The notes below the pieces were generated by a model. The model saw only the letters and a list, made by a program, of their open reading frames with translations. It did no database searches and had not been told where the DNA came from. A DNA stretch of 64,000 nt, taken from contig CM059432.1 in the NCBI GenBank assembly GCA_030390025.1, positions 14,758,001 through 14,822,000 on the forward strand, in the 5' to 3' direction. Shown here in pieces: positions 12,526 through 24,730 of the stretch. A program made the translations under genes and the position numbers. The stretch comes from Squalus acanthias. Lineage: Eukaryota. Positions within the stretch are counted from its first letter, which is position 1. The number at the start of each line of letters is the position of its first letter.

Positions 12526-13689
12526 TGGACAATGATCGTAAAATTCTCACTGATTTCTCATTTAGTTTAGGTTTGAAATTATTTTGTTTTCGTGAGAAAT
12601 AAAAGATTGTGCAGCCCATGTAGGTTAATACTATAATGTAGTGTACCTTGCTTCAAACCTAAAGATAGGTCTGTGTTCATGACAGGTTTAAACAATCACA
12701 GCAAATTAACTTTGTCAGGTTATCTATCACAAGGTTAAAAGAAAAAGCAGAGTCACAAAGATTGCCATCAGCAGTTTGCGTTTGAACAAACTGTGGGCCC
12801 CAGAAAATATGATGCCAGCACGTTACTGCAGATCCCGATGGATAATGCGGTCCGTTTCTATGAATCTCCGATCTTGTGATGGGAGCTTGAGTGAGGACTG
12901 AGGACAGCATGAATGGGCATTATTGAGGTGGGGGTGGGGGGGTGCTCATCTTCTAGAAAAGCCATGAATAGTTCTGTTGTGGGTTGCCCTTCCAATCCAA
13001 AGGACAATTCTCTGTTCCCTCACTTGCCAACCTCATCGGCAAAAAGACTTTCTACACCTGACTCCTCCCATCAGTGCTAAAATGTGCCAATTCTACAGCT
13101 GGATCACCAGACTGAGCGCTACTTATAGCATTTACCTGCACATTAACAGGATTAATGGGCGAGTCAGCACCACTCTTGCAGTTTTTTGAATGGCATGCTC
13201 GGTTGTGTTAGTTGTGATACATCTGGGCACCAAGAATGCACAATGAGTAAACGTGTGAGTTTTTGCAGAGAAAATACAGAGAGAATTAAAAAAATGAACT
13301 CTCGTTTAACATACAATCAGGGGCGTTGATCACTGCACCTGATTCTCCGATTCATGCAAGCCTGGCCTGGTGAAATTTACCTTCGTATCTTATTGATCCT
13401 CCTTCAAAATATCCAGCATTAGAAATGCACAATTACTATTGGTCTTTATTTTGCCAGAATAGACAGTTGAACAGGGTGCAATGGAATCCAACAGCAAAAA
13501 AGGTTAAATAACTCATGAGATTTATATTACGCTGCTCTGATTATTAGTTTGGGGGGCTGTCGTCTCTCCATTCTTGTGTCCTTGTCATGATGTCTGATAA
13601 AAAACGAAACCAGATTTCCTCCAGACCTAACAGAACAGATTGGACTATGATAAGACACTGACCTCTCATACTACAGGCAAGTGTTAAGG

Positions 13690-14066
13690 ATACGTGTCAG
13701 CTGTGGCTCCGTTGGTAGCACCCTCGCCGCCGAGTCAGAAAGTTGTGGGTTCAGCTCCCACTCCAGAAACTTGGAGCACAAAAAATTTAAAGTAATTGGT
13801 CGATGGATTAGAGGGGAGTTGAGGAGAACTTCTTTCACCCAGAGGGTGGTGGGGGTCTGGAACTCACTGCCTGAAAGGGCGGTAGAGGCAGAAACCCTCA
13901 TCGCATTTAAAAAGTACTTGGATTATGCACTTGAAGTGCCGTAACCTACAGGCTACGGACCAAGAGCTGGAGAGTGGGATTGGGCTGGAGAGCTCTTTTT
14001 CAGCCGGCACAGACACAATGGGCCGAATGGCCTCCTGCTGTGCGATAAATTTCTATGATTCTATGC
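13690..14066 (+). mobile_element. Deu-SINE tRNA head joined directly to a CR1 3' end
   Basis: SINE head runs to gagcacaaaaaa (about 13783), then tttaaagtaattgg..FTQRVV..tttctatgattctatg. Confidence 0.8.
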
Positions 14067-14476
14067 AGAGTGTGCCTTGATCTTTTGCTGATATACCATA
14101 TACACTTAGCCCTTCCCACAGCAGAATGACAAGAATATATTTTTGTGCGATGGTATAGTTTGAATAATGAAAAGAAGATTCCGTTCTTTGTACTGAGTTA
14201 GCCGCTCTCAGCCAGGGGAGTGCTAGGGGCACTCGAATTTGCTTCCGTGTCTCAGGGCAAAGGAGAAGGAAAAGCTCACTAAGAGTTTTGAATCCTAATT
14301 TCTGCCCTGTGGCCATTATGCATAGCAGGTGTGCGCAAGGATTTACCTTAATTTGGATGCTCTGACACATCAAGTAGCCTGCTATTACACCCTTCCGGGC
14401 AATTGGGCAGAGTACTGATGGCCTGCAGAGCCTGTGGGCCAGCAAGAAACATTACCTTCAAAAGAAGGGAGCAAGA

Positions 14477-14925
14477 AAGTCTTGCATTTATGTAGCGCCT
14501 TTCATGACCTCAGGACGCTTTACAGCCAATGAAGTACTTTTGAAGTGTAGTCACTGTTGTAATGTGGGAAATGCGGCAGCCAATTTGCGCACAGTGAGGT
14601 CCCACAAACAGCAATGTGATAATGACCAGATAATCTGTTTTTGTTATGTTGATTGAGGGATAAATATTGGCCTGGACACCGGGGATAACTCCCCTGCTTT
14701 TCTTCGAAATAGTGCCATGGGATCTTTCACGTCCACCTGAGAGCAGACGGGGCCTCGGTTTAAAGTCTCATCCGAAAGACGGCACCTCCAACAGTGCAGC
14801 ACTCCTTCAGCACTGCACTGGAGTGTCAGCCTATATTTTTGTGCTCAAGTCCCTGGAGTGGGACTTGAACCCACAACCTTCAGACTCAGAGGCGAGAGTG
14901 CTACCCACTGAGACACAGCTGACAC
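14477..14925 (-). mobile_element. Full-length Deu-domain SINE
   Basis: Colinear reverse complement of 7038-7500. Confidence 0.88.
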
Positions 14926-15207
14926 AAGAGAGAGACTATCAAATAAAGTTTTCAAGTTCCAATATCAGCCAACCAGAAATACTGGACTACTGGAATCTGG
15001 GTCTTTGCTTGCAGGGCTATTGGGAAAGAGCAGGGGAGTGGTATTAATTGGATAGCTCTTTCAAAGAGCCGGCACAGGTATGATGGACTGAATGGCCTCC
15101 TTCTGTACTGTATGACTCTTGATTCTTGTAATAGTCTAGCATTTCTGTTTGGCTGATATTTTGACAAAGTTGATAAATGTAGGTGAGATATTTAGATTCT
15201 CAGTTAC

Positions 15208-16060
15208 AAAGTGAGTGGGCAAAAATTTGGCAGATGGAATATAATGTGGGAAAATGTGAGGTTATCCACTTTGGAAGGGAGAATGAAAAAGCAAAATATT
15301 ATTTAAATGGAGAGAGATTACAAAATGCTGCGGTACAAAGGGATCTGGGGGTCCTAGTACATGAAACACAAAAAGTTAGCATGCAGGTACAGCAAGTAAT
15401 TAGGAAGGCTAATGGAATGTTGGCCAATTGCAAGGGGTATGGAGTATAAAAGTAGGGAGGTTTTGATGCAACTTTACAGGGCACTGGTGAGACCGCACCT
15501 GGAGTATTGCGTACAGTTTTGGTCTCCATATTTAAGGAAGGATATACTTGCATTGGAGGCAGTACAGAGAAGGTTCACTAGCTTGATTCCTGGGATGAAG
15601 GGGTTGACGTATGACGAAAGGATGAGCAGGTTGGGCCTATACTCATTGGAGTTTCGAAGAATGAGAGGTGATCTTATTGAAACATATAAGATTCTGAGGG
15701 GGCTTGACAGGGTGGATGCTGAGAGGATGTTTCCCCTAGTGGGGGTATCTAGAACTAGGGGGCATAGTTTCAGAATAAGGGGTCGCCCATTTAAGACAGA
15801 GATGAGGAGGAATTTCTTCTCTCAGAGGGTCGTGAATCTTTGGAATTCTCTACCCCGGAGAGCTGTGGAGGCGGAGTCATTGAATATATTCAAGGCAGAG
15901 ATTGACAGACATTTGAACTCCAAGGGAGTCAAGGGGTATGGGGAGAGAGCAGGAAAGTGGTGTTGAGGCCAAGATTGGATCAGCCATGATCTTATTGAAT
16001 GGCGGAGCAGGCTCCAGGGGCCTGATTGACCTACTCCTGCTCCTGTTTCTTATGTTCTTA
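15208..16060 (+). mobile_element. CR1 3' fragment with a frameshift
   Basis: ORFs 15183-15449 and 15412-15966; ttcttatgttct tail. Confidence 0.92.
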
Positions 16061-16927
16061 ACTGATGGATAGGGGTACCATAATAGAGAGCCCACTCAGA
16101 ATGTACAAGTACAAACAAAGAAAGATTTACAGGCGACGTCAACTAAGAACCATCCATTTTTGTTTGTCTGAGAAGACAAAGCATTTCCTGCATCGATGCA
16201 ATCACAAAGGATCCTAGGTCAACAGTTCAATTGCACAATTTCACAATTCCTTTCGTCTTGTGACATTCAGGTGGTTTTATCCCTGCTTTTGTACTAGAAA
16301 AACATACAAATCTTTCACAATGAACTGCAGACCATCTGAAGTCTGATACACTCCTACACAGCAGTCTGCTTGTTTGTTGCTATAATATTAGTGCAGACAC
16401 ACACACACATCCTGCAATAAACCCCTCATCAAATCATCATAATGCAGCAACTGTGCTTTGTTGGTACCACACCTTGTCTCGCACACTACCGGGAAACCGA
16501 ATACTTTGATAACATCAGTTGTAAGAATTAATCTTTTGTTCCTGTGTCTTGTACCATTTCAGAGCAGAGAAATTGCAATTCAATCTGATATGTTAACTGA
16601 TGTGACTCATTTATTTTGCTATGCTTGCAGTACCTAAAGAAAGGGCTTTACTTACTACCAATGTCCTGGTCAACATTTAAACCTCAACCAGCACCACCGA
16701 AACAGATTAACTGGTTATTCATCTCAGTTTTGTTAGTAGGACCTTGCAGTGTGCAAACTGGCTGTCGTGTTTGTTTGCAAAACTACAATGATTACACTTC
16801 AAAAGTAATTTATTCGCAGTAAAGCACGTTGGGACGTTGTGAGGATGTGAAAAGTGCTAAATAAATGCAGGTTCTTTCTTTACTGGTTTAATGGACCAAC
16901 ATTCCAGCCTTTTTCTCTTTTATAATG

Positions 16928-17853
16928 CGATAGATTTTCTCCAACCGCATATGTCTTGTTCAGTATCTTCAGTGGAGAGATTGCTGATCTCGCGATGAAG
17001 TTGTACCCTTTGGTTTTTTCGATTCTCTCCGGTTTTTATCCGCTCTCCTGAACTCATTGGACTATCTTCCAATGGGGGTTTCATCTCTGGCATTGCAGGG
17101 CAGGGCTTCTGCCTGGCACGGAGATGCTCCTGATTGTATTTCTGGCCCGGGGTCATTTAAATATATTTATATTTATAAATATATTTAAGAAGGAGATAGA
17201 TAGATTTCTAGACACAAAAGGCATCAAGGGGTATGGGGAGAGAGGGGGAATATGGTATTGAGATAAAGGATCAGCCATGATCATATTGAATGGCGGAGCA
17301 GGCTCGAAGGGCCGAATGGCCTACTCCTGCTCCTATTTTTCTATGTTTCTAAGAGGTGTGCCTCCGCTGGGGTGCCTCACCAGACTCGGGCAGACGATTT
17401 GCTGTGTCAGGCTTTGGGCGCCTGGCACAGAGCTGGAGGAACAAGGGAACGGTTGAAGTGTTTGGAAAAAAATATCGTTCTTTTATTGTTAAAAGATGTT
17501 CTTGGTGCTGATGGAGTTGGTGCGTGGTGGTGACGTCAGAATTGCTTGCACAGGCCTCTCCTTATTCAAATCTCCAAGACCCACTCCACTGACCGTTGAA
17601 TGATGGACACTGAGCCCTAACAAACGGTATCCGATTCAATGAGGGCAAGTGGCAGGAAATACAGCGGCGGCCTGTGTTTTCCTCATTTAAAAGTTAATCT
17701 GCCTGCGCCCACTTGCATTTTAGATCACTAGGGTATGCCCACCAGAAAATGGGGAAGAGGTGGGGACAAGGCAGAGCGCATTCCTGAGCAAGTTTCCATC
17801 TGCCCTGGGTGTGTTGAAAAATCGGTCGGCAGGGGCAAGTGTAAAATCTAGCC
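16928..17853. mobile_element. Probable Harbinger-type MITE containing a CR1 3' tail (about 17180-17351)
   Basis: Termini gcgatagattttc and gtaaaatctagcc; internal CR1 UTR gatcagccatgatc..cctactcctgctcct. Confidence 0.5.
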
Positions 17854-17994
17854 ATTGGCTATTGCTGAGGTACAGTTCCAATTGCACCTTCCTGCAACTT
17901 GTCCATGTGTGAGACTAGGCAGTGAGTATTGACTGTTAAACCATGTGGAAGGAACAAGGAGGGGGAATCACAGACAAACCTGACCCTGTCTGGG

Positions 17995-18925
17995 TTTTTT
18001 TTATATTCGTTCCTAGGATGTGGGCGTCGCTGACAAGGCCAGCATTTATTGGCCATCCCTAATTGCCCCTTGAGAAGGTGGTGGTGAGCCACCTTCTTGA
18101 ACCGCATCAGTCCGTGTGGTGAAGGTACCCCACAGTGCTGTTAGGTAGGCAGTTCCAGGATTTTGACCCAGCGACGATTAAAGAACGGCGATATATTTCC
18201 AAGTCAGGATGGTGTGTGACTTGGAGGTGGTGTTGTTCCCATGCGCCTGCTGCCCTTGTCCTTCTAGGTGGTAGAGGTCACGGGTTTGGGAGGTGCTGCC
18301 GAAGAAGCCTTGACGAGTTGCTGCAGTGCATCTTGTAGATGGTACACACTGCAGCCACGGTGCGCTGGTTCTGGAGGGAGTGAATGTTTAAGGTGGTGGA
18401 TGGGGTGCCAATCAAGCGAGCTGCTTTGTCTTGGATGGTGTTGAGCTTCTTGAGTGTTGTTGGAGCTGCACTCATCCAGGCAAGTGGGGAGTATTCCATC
18501 ACACTCCTGACTTGTGCCTTGTAGATGGTGGAAAGGGTTTGGAGAGTCAGGAGGTGAGACACTCGCCGCAGAATGCCTAGCCTCTGACCTGCTCTTGTTG
18601 CCACAGTATTTATGTGGCTGGTCCAGTTAAGTTTCTGGTCAATGGTGACCCCCAGGATTTGATGGTTGGGGGATTCGATGATGGTAATGCCGTTGAATGT
18701 CAAACGGCGGTGATTAGACTCTCACTTGTTGGAGATAGTCATTGCCTGGGACTTGTGTGGCGCAAATGTTACCTGCCACTTATCAGCGCAAGTCTGAATG
18801 TCATCCAGGTCTTGCTGCATTCGGTCATGGGCTGCTTCATTATCTGAGGAGCTGTGAATGGAACTGAACACTGTGCAGTCATCAGCGAACATCCCCATTT
18901 CTGACCTTATGATGGAGGGAAGGTA
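17995..18925 (-). mobile_element. CR1-clade LINE, second subfamily, 3' portion
   Basis: MFADDCTVF, ILGVTIDQKLNW, YKAQVRSVMEYSPLAW; same family as 48061-50540. Confidence 0.9.
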
Positions 18926-19202
18926 GTTCCCCATTATGTTAAACAATTTTGTCAAAGGCCATCACAGTTAGATTGATCACCGACCTTTGTATTTAACTCT
19001 CTTGCCACTTCATGTCTGAATCAGTCTGGCTTTCATCTGCCCAACGCACAGAGACTGGCCTGGTCAAGGTTACCAATGACCATGTGATCACAACACCCCG
19101 TCGACCATCTTCAATGTTGTGGAGCACACCATCCTCCTCCAGTGCCTTTCTTCTGTGGCATGCCAATCCTAACTATCTCTACAATACACCTCCTGATATT
19201 TC

Positions 19203-22049
19203 ATAAGAACATAAGAAATAGGAGCAGGAGTAGGCCAATCGGCCCCTCGAGCCTGCTCCGCCATTCAAGAAGATCATGGCTGATCTGATCCTAACCTCAA
19301 ATCTAAAGAACACAAGAAGTAGGAGCAGGACCCGGCCACTCAGCCCCTGGGCCCGCTCCGCCACCCACAGGGCCCTGACCGATCCGAACTCAGCCTCATG
19401 TCCAATTTCCTGCCCGCTCACCGTAACCCCGAATTCCCTTTACCTCTAGGAAACTATCTATTTCTGTTTTAAATTTATTTAATGATGTAGCTTCCACAGC
19501 TTCCTGGGGCAGCAAATTCCACAGACCTACTACCCTCTGAGTGAAGAAGTTTCTCCTCATCTCAGTTTTGAAAGAGCAGCCCCTTATTCTAAGATTATGC
19601 CCCCTAGTTCTAGTTTCACCCATCCTTGGGAACATCCTTACCGCATCCACCCGATCAAGCCCCTTCACAATCTTATATGTTTCAATAAGATCGCCTCTCA
19701 TTCTTCTGAACTCCAATGAGTAGAGTCCCAATCTACTCAACCTCTCCTCATATGTCCACCCCCTCATCCCCGGGATTAACCGAGTGAACCTTCTTTGTAC
19801 TGCCTCGAGAGCAAGTATGTCTTTTCTTAAGTATGGACACCAAAACTGTATGCAGTATTCCAGGTGCGGTCTCACCAATACCTTATATAACTGCAGCAAT
19901 ACCTCCCTGTTTTTATAATTTATCCCCCTAGCAATAAAAGCCAACATTCTGTTGGCCTTCTTGATCACCTGCTGCACCTGCATACTAACTTCTGATTTTC
20001 TTGCACTAGGACCCCCAGCTCCCTTTGTACTGCAGTACTTTCCAGTTTCTCGCCATTAAGATAATAACTTTTGGAGTCCATTATTAAGGAAACAGTAACA
20101 GGACATTTGGATAATCATAATTTAATAGGACAAAGTCAGCATGGTTTTACGAAGGGGAAGTCATGTTTGACAAATTTGCTGGAGTTCTTTGAGGAAGTAA
20201 CATATAGAGTGGATAAAGGGGAACCAGTGGATGTAGTGTATTTAGACTTCCAAAAGGCATTTGACAAGGTGCCACATAAAAGATTATTGCTTAAGGTAAA
20301 AAATCACGGGATTGGGGGTAATATTCTGGCATGGATAGAGGATTGGCTATCTAACAGAAAGCAAAGAGTTGGGATAAATGGTTCATTCTCAGACTGGCAA
20401 TCAGTAACGAGTGGTGTTCCACAGGGGTCAGTGCTGGGTCCCCAACTCTTTACAATCTATATTAACGATTTGGAGGAAGGGACCAAGTGTAACATATCAA
20501 AATTTGCAGATGATACAAAGATGGGAGGGAAAGTAGTGAGTGAGGAGGACATAAAAAACCTGCAAGGGGACATAGACAGGCTAAGTAAGTGGGCAGAGAT
20601 TTGGCAGATGGAATACAACACTGGAAAGTGTGAGGTGATGCACTTTGGCAGGAAAAATCCTAGAGCAATTTATTATCTTAATGGCAAGAAACTGGAGAGT
20701 ACTGAAGTGCAAAGGGATCTGGGGGTCCTGGTGCACGAAACTCAAAAGGTTAGTATGCAGGTGCAGCAAGTGATTAAGAAGGCAAATGGAATGTTGGCTT
20801 TTATTGCTAGGGGGATAGAATATAAAAATAGGGAGGTATTGCTTCAGTTGTACAAGGTATTGGTGAGACCGCACCTGGAATACTGCATACAGTTTTGGTG
20901 TCCTTACTTAAGGAAAGACATCCTTGCTCTCGAGGCAGTGCAAAAAAGGTTCACTCGGTTAATCCCGGGGATGAGGGGGTGGTCATATGAGGAGAGGTTG
21001 GGTAGATTGGGACTCTACTCATTGGAGTTCAGAAGAATGAGAGGCGATCTTATTGAAACATATAAGATTGTGAAGGGGTTGGATCGGGTGGATGCGGGGA
21101 GGATGTTCCCGATGACGGGTGAGACTAGAACTAGGGGACATAGTCTTAGAATAAGGGGCTGCTCTTTCAAAACTGAGATGAGGAGGAACTACTTCACTCA
21201 GAGGGTGGTAGGTCCATGGAATATGCTGCCACAAAAAGCTGTAGAAGCTACATCATTAAATAAATTTAAAACAGAAATAGACAGTTTCCTAGAAGTAAAG
21301 GGCATTAAGGGTTACGGGGAGCGGGCAGGAATTTGGACATGAGTCTAGGTTCGGATCGGTCATGGCCCTGTGGGTAGTGGAGCGGGCCCAGGGACCGTGT
21401 AGCTTGATTCTGCTCCTATTTCGTGTGTGCAATTCTGTTAGATGCAGGAGATGGTTCTGTGATAGATAGTAGATTGGCGGATAGGATCAGATCAGCCATG
21501 ATCTTATTGAATGGCGGAGCAGGCTCGAGGGGCCGATTGGCCTACTCCTGCTCCTATTTCTTATGTTCTTATGTTCTTATGTTAACTTGCTCTCTGATTT
21601 TTCCTGCCAAAGTGCATAACCTCACATTTTCCAATATTGTATTGCATCTGCCAAATCTCCGCCCACTCACCCAGCCTGTCTATATCCCCTTGTAGGTTTT
21701 TTATGTCCTCCTCACTTTCTACTTTCCCTCCCATCTTTGTATCATCTGCAAACTTTGATATGTTACACTCGGTCCCCTCCTCCAAATCGTTAATATAGAT
21801 TGTAAAGAGTTGGGGACCCAGCACCGACCCCTGTGGAACACCACTGGCTACTGGTTGCCAGTCCAAGAATGAACCATTTATCCCAACTCTCTGCTTCCTG
21901 TTAGATAACCAATCCTCCACCCATGCCAGAATATTACCCCCAATCCAGTGATTTTTTATCTTGAGCAATAATCTTTCATGTGGCACCTTGTCGAATGCCT
22001 TCTGGAAGTCTAAATACACTACGTCCACTGGTTCCCCTTTATCCACCCC
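19203..22049 (-). mobile_element. CR1 (RT half) interrupted by an inverted CR1 of a close subfamily
   Basis: ORFs 21582-22082 and 19396-19983 are consecutive RT segments. Confidence 0.92.
20071..21582 (+). mobile_element. 5'-truncated CR1 with an open 423-aa RT frame and 6-bp TSD
   Basis: QHGF, YLDFQKAFDKVPH, GVPQGSVLGP, FADD; (ttcttatg)n tail; taactt at 20065-20070 and 21583-21588. Confidence 0.95.
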
Positions 22050-22772
22050 CTTCCTTGCACAATCATTCCCGGATTGCCCCACAATTCCAATCCTTGGCCT
22101 GCACCTATTCTTCCTTTATATGATGTCCCTAAAGTGACATTGTCTGTAAGCATGGGGCCAGCTTTCCGAGGTATGCTGATGATTCCCAGCTGAACCTCAG
22201 CACCATCCTTGCTGCAGTGACTGACATGCTGCTATCAGACTGCCTGTGGCTGAGGAAGAATTCCTTGTAGTTTAATATTGGCAGTACTGAAAATTTCCTG
22301 TTTGATCACAAACAAAAACTTTGAGCACTAGTGTTTGATCCCGCCCCCTTCCTCATCCACTACTGAAACTCTCATCCACACCTCCAGACTTCACATTGCA
22401 AATACTTCCCAAGATCCACCCTACGTAAAAAGTCTAACTCATTCAGAACTCTACTACCCACAAAATCACACTCACCTATCATCCTGATCCTTAACAATCT
22501 CCATTGGCTTCCCATCTCCCAACACATTAATTTCAAAATCCTGCCTTCATCTTCAAGTTTATCCATGGCCTCACTCCTCCCTAGTTTTGGCTACATCCTC
22601 CAGCCAAATATCCCTGTCTGCACCATCCTCTCTAATCGACTGTTTTGCTGTCTCTCTCTCTCTCCCTCTGCTTTATTTTCAATGGCAGAGCCTTTGTACA
22701 TCTTGCCCCCATAAAGGGGTTCCCTTCCCAAACCATGTTCTCTTGCGACATCAATCCTTTTTAAAAACTACA

Positions 22773-23661
22773 GGCCTGATTTTAACTCAGGGCGAGAGTG
22801 CAAAGCGCGGGGGCCACAGTGGGACGGAAGTGCCCATGTTAGCATGAGGCCCAGGCCATTTTAACTCCAGGGCCTCATTTGAATGTGGGAATGTTGACTC
22901 CCACCCGAAAGTGGCGAGAAAGACGGGGAGGCCGTAGCCAGGGATCCAAGGGAACGTCCCCTGACATTAATGTAAGTGGTAAGGCGGGGTCCGATAGGAA
23001 ACACGGTCGGGGGAGGGAGAAGGAAGTCCAGGGCACTGGAGGCCTAAGGTGTTCTTGTGGGGCCCGGAGGAACACTCCTGCTTCTCCTGGCCCCACAAGG
23101 AAACTTTAAGAAAAATAAACCTTGCTTGGGCCTTTTCTGGCCACGGTCCTTCCTGTTGCCAGGTCTCAGTGGTGGGACCAGCACTGGGAGTCGCAGCCAT
23201 GATCCAGTGTTAAAATCGCGCCGGTGTCTGAATGATCTCATCCAGACCCTGACATTTAAATATCAATGAGGCCCCTGCCTGACTGTGGTGGGCGCCTGGC
23301 CCAAGTTACAAAATGGTTAAAACAGCGGCAGAAGGGAATGGTGTGATAAGCACCCGAATGCGATTTTAACTCCCTGGACTCACCGGGCTGGATTTTGATA
23401 CTGGGGCGGGTTGGGGTCGTGTCATCTGCATTTCGTGTTATCCACCCGCCTGCAATTGGATGTGGGAGATTGATGCAATTTTCACTTAATTGGGCAATTG
23501 AGTTCCAGCATGTGGGAACCCATGAACCAATTAGTGGTTTCAGTCTGAAAGTCGCCTCTGATGATGTCATCATTGCAGGTCAGAGACTGCCTGGTCTCAG
23601 AGATTGCCTGGCCTTTGCTGTGAGAAGACCTGGATGCAAAATGAGCAGCATCTCAGAGACA

Positions 23662-23697
<36 letters not shown>

Positions 23698-24205
23698 AAA
23701 AAACAGAGAGAGAGAGAATTTTTTTTGCAACCAAGTCCTCCCAGGCAGTCTCTGAAGACATTCAATGCAGCAGCATCAGAGGCGACTTTCAGACCTCATA
23801 CTACTACTACCTTCATCACATCTCCGTTGTAATAGTGGACCTGCAGCTGATAGTCAGCTATCCACTTGTGCTCCCGCCAGGTTTCACTGGCGTGTTTCAC
23901 ATCAGGCGTACTTCACGTCGGAAAAGGGTTAAACTAGCTAAAATGTTTCAAAATGGCATTACAGAGCTAATTTAGGGCTTGTTAAGGGCTTTAATGGCCT
24001 CTCCTGCCTCTTGGAGGCGGGACGGAGTCGGGAACCCCGCGACCGATTTTGTCAAAATTGCGTGGAGGCGGAATGGAGTCGGGATGGGGTCGGGACCCCT
24101 GAATCTGCAACTTTAACCCCCCACACGCCTCCAAACCTGACTCCACGGGTCATTGAAAATCCAGCCCACCAGTTCTGCTGAGCAGGAAGGGTTAAAATCG
24201 GAGGT
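22773..24205. mobile_element. Harbinger-type MITE (outer)
   Basis: Termini ggcctgattttaactc and gggttaaaatcggaggt; interrupts the L2 3' region. Confidence 0.65.
23385..24167. mobile_element. Harbinger-type MITE nested in a MITE
   Basis: TIR gggctggatttt / aaaatccagccc; TSD ACC at 23382-23384 and 24168-24170; internal (GA)n-like tract. Confidence 0.88.
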
Positions 24206-24417
24206 TTCCTCTTTGGGCACCTCCCGAACTCCCTCTCCTGCTCCTGCTCGGGTTTGACTCCCAAATGTGAAGTGCCCTGGGAGGTTTGCTATGCTAGAGG
24301 CATGAAAGAAACAAAGATTACGGTCGCAAACATTTCTCAATAACTCCCGCAAATATAATCTGGTGTGTACTTGTGCCCTCAGGCAAGGGGCATTGTGGGT
24401 TATTGTCGATGGTCTCT

Positions 24418-24730
24418 ACAACAACTTACATTTATATAGCGCATTTAACGTAGCAAAAACCTCCCAAGGTGCTGAACAAGAGCGCTATCAATAAAAACAT
24501 TTTTGACCCCAAGCCACAGAAGGACAGATGACCAGAAGCTTGGTCAAAGAGGTAGGTTTTAAGGAGTATCTTAATGGAGGAGAGGGAGGTAGAGAGGCGG
24601 AGATGTTTAGGGAGGGAATTCCAGAGCTTAGGGCCAAGGCAGCTAAAAGCACGACCGCCAATGGCGGAGCGATTAAAATCAGGGATACATAAGAGGCCAA
24701 AATTGGAGGAGCGCAGAGATCACGAAGGCT
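24418..24730 (-). mobile_element. L2 3' end
   Basis: acaacaacttacatttatatagcgc tail; colinear with 8510-8863. Confidence 0.85.

Larger units (their letters stand above)
18960..24300 (+). mobile_element. Old L2 element fragmented by nested CR1s and MITEs (L2 pieces at about 18960-19200, 22070-22770 and 24206-24300)
   Basis: TETGLVKVTND at about 19050; YADD-like tatgctgatgat at about 22172; L2-type tail gtgaagtgccctgggaggtttgctatg. Confidence 0.65.

Noticed and set aside
19203..22049. Twin-priming inversion of a single LINE
   Set aside because: There are two complete 3' tails, overlapping homologous segments that differ in sequence, and a TSD around the inner copy.
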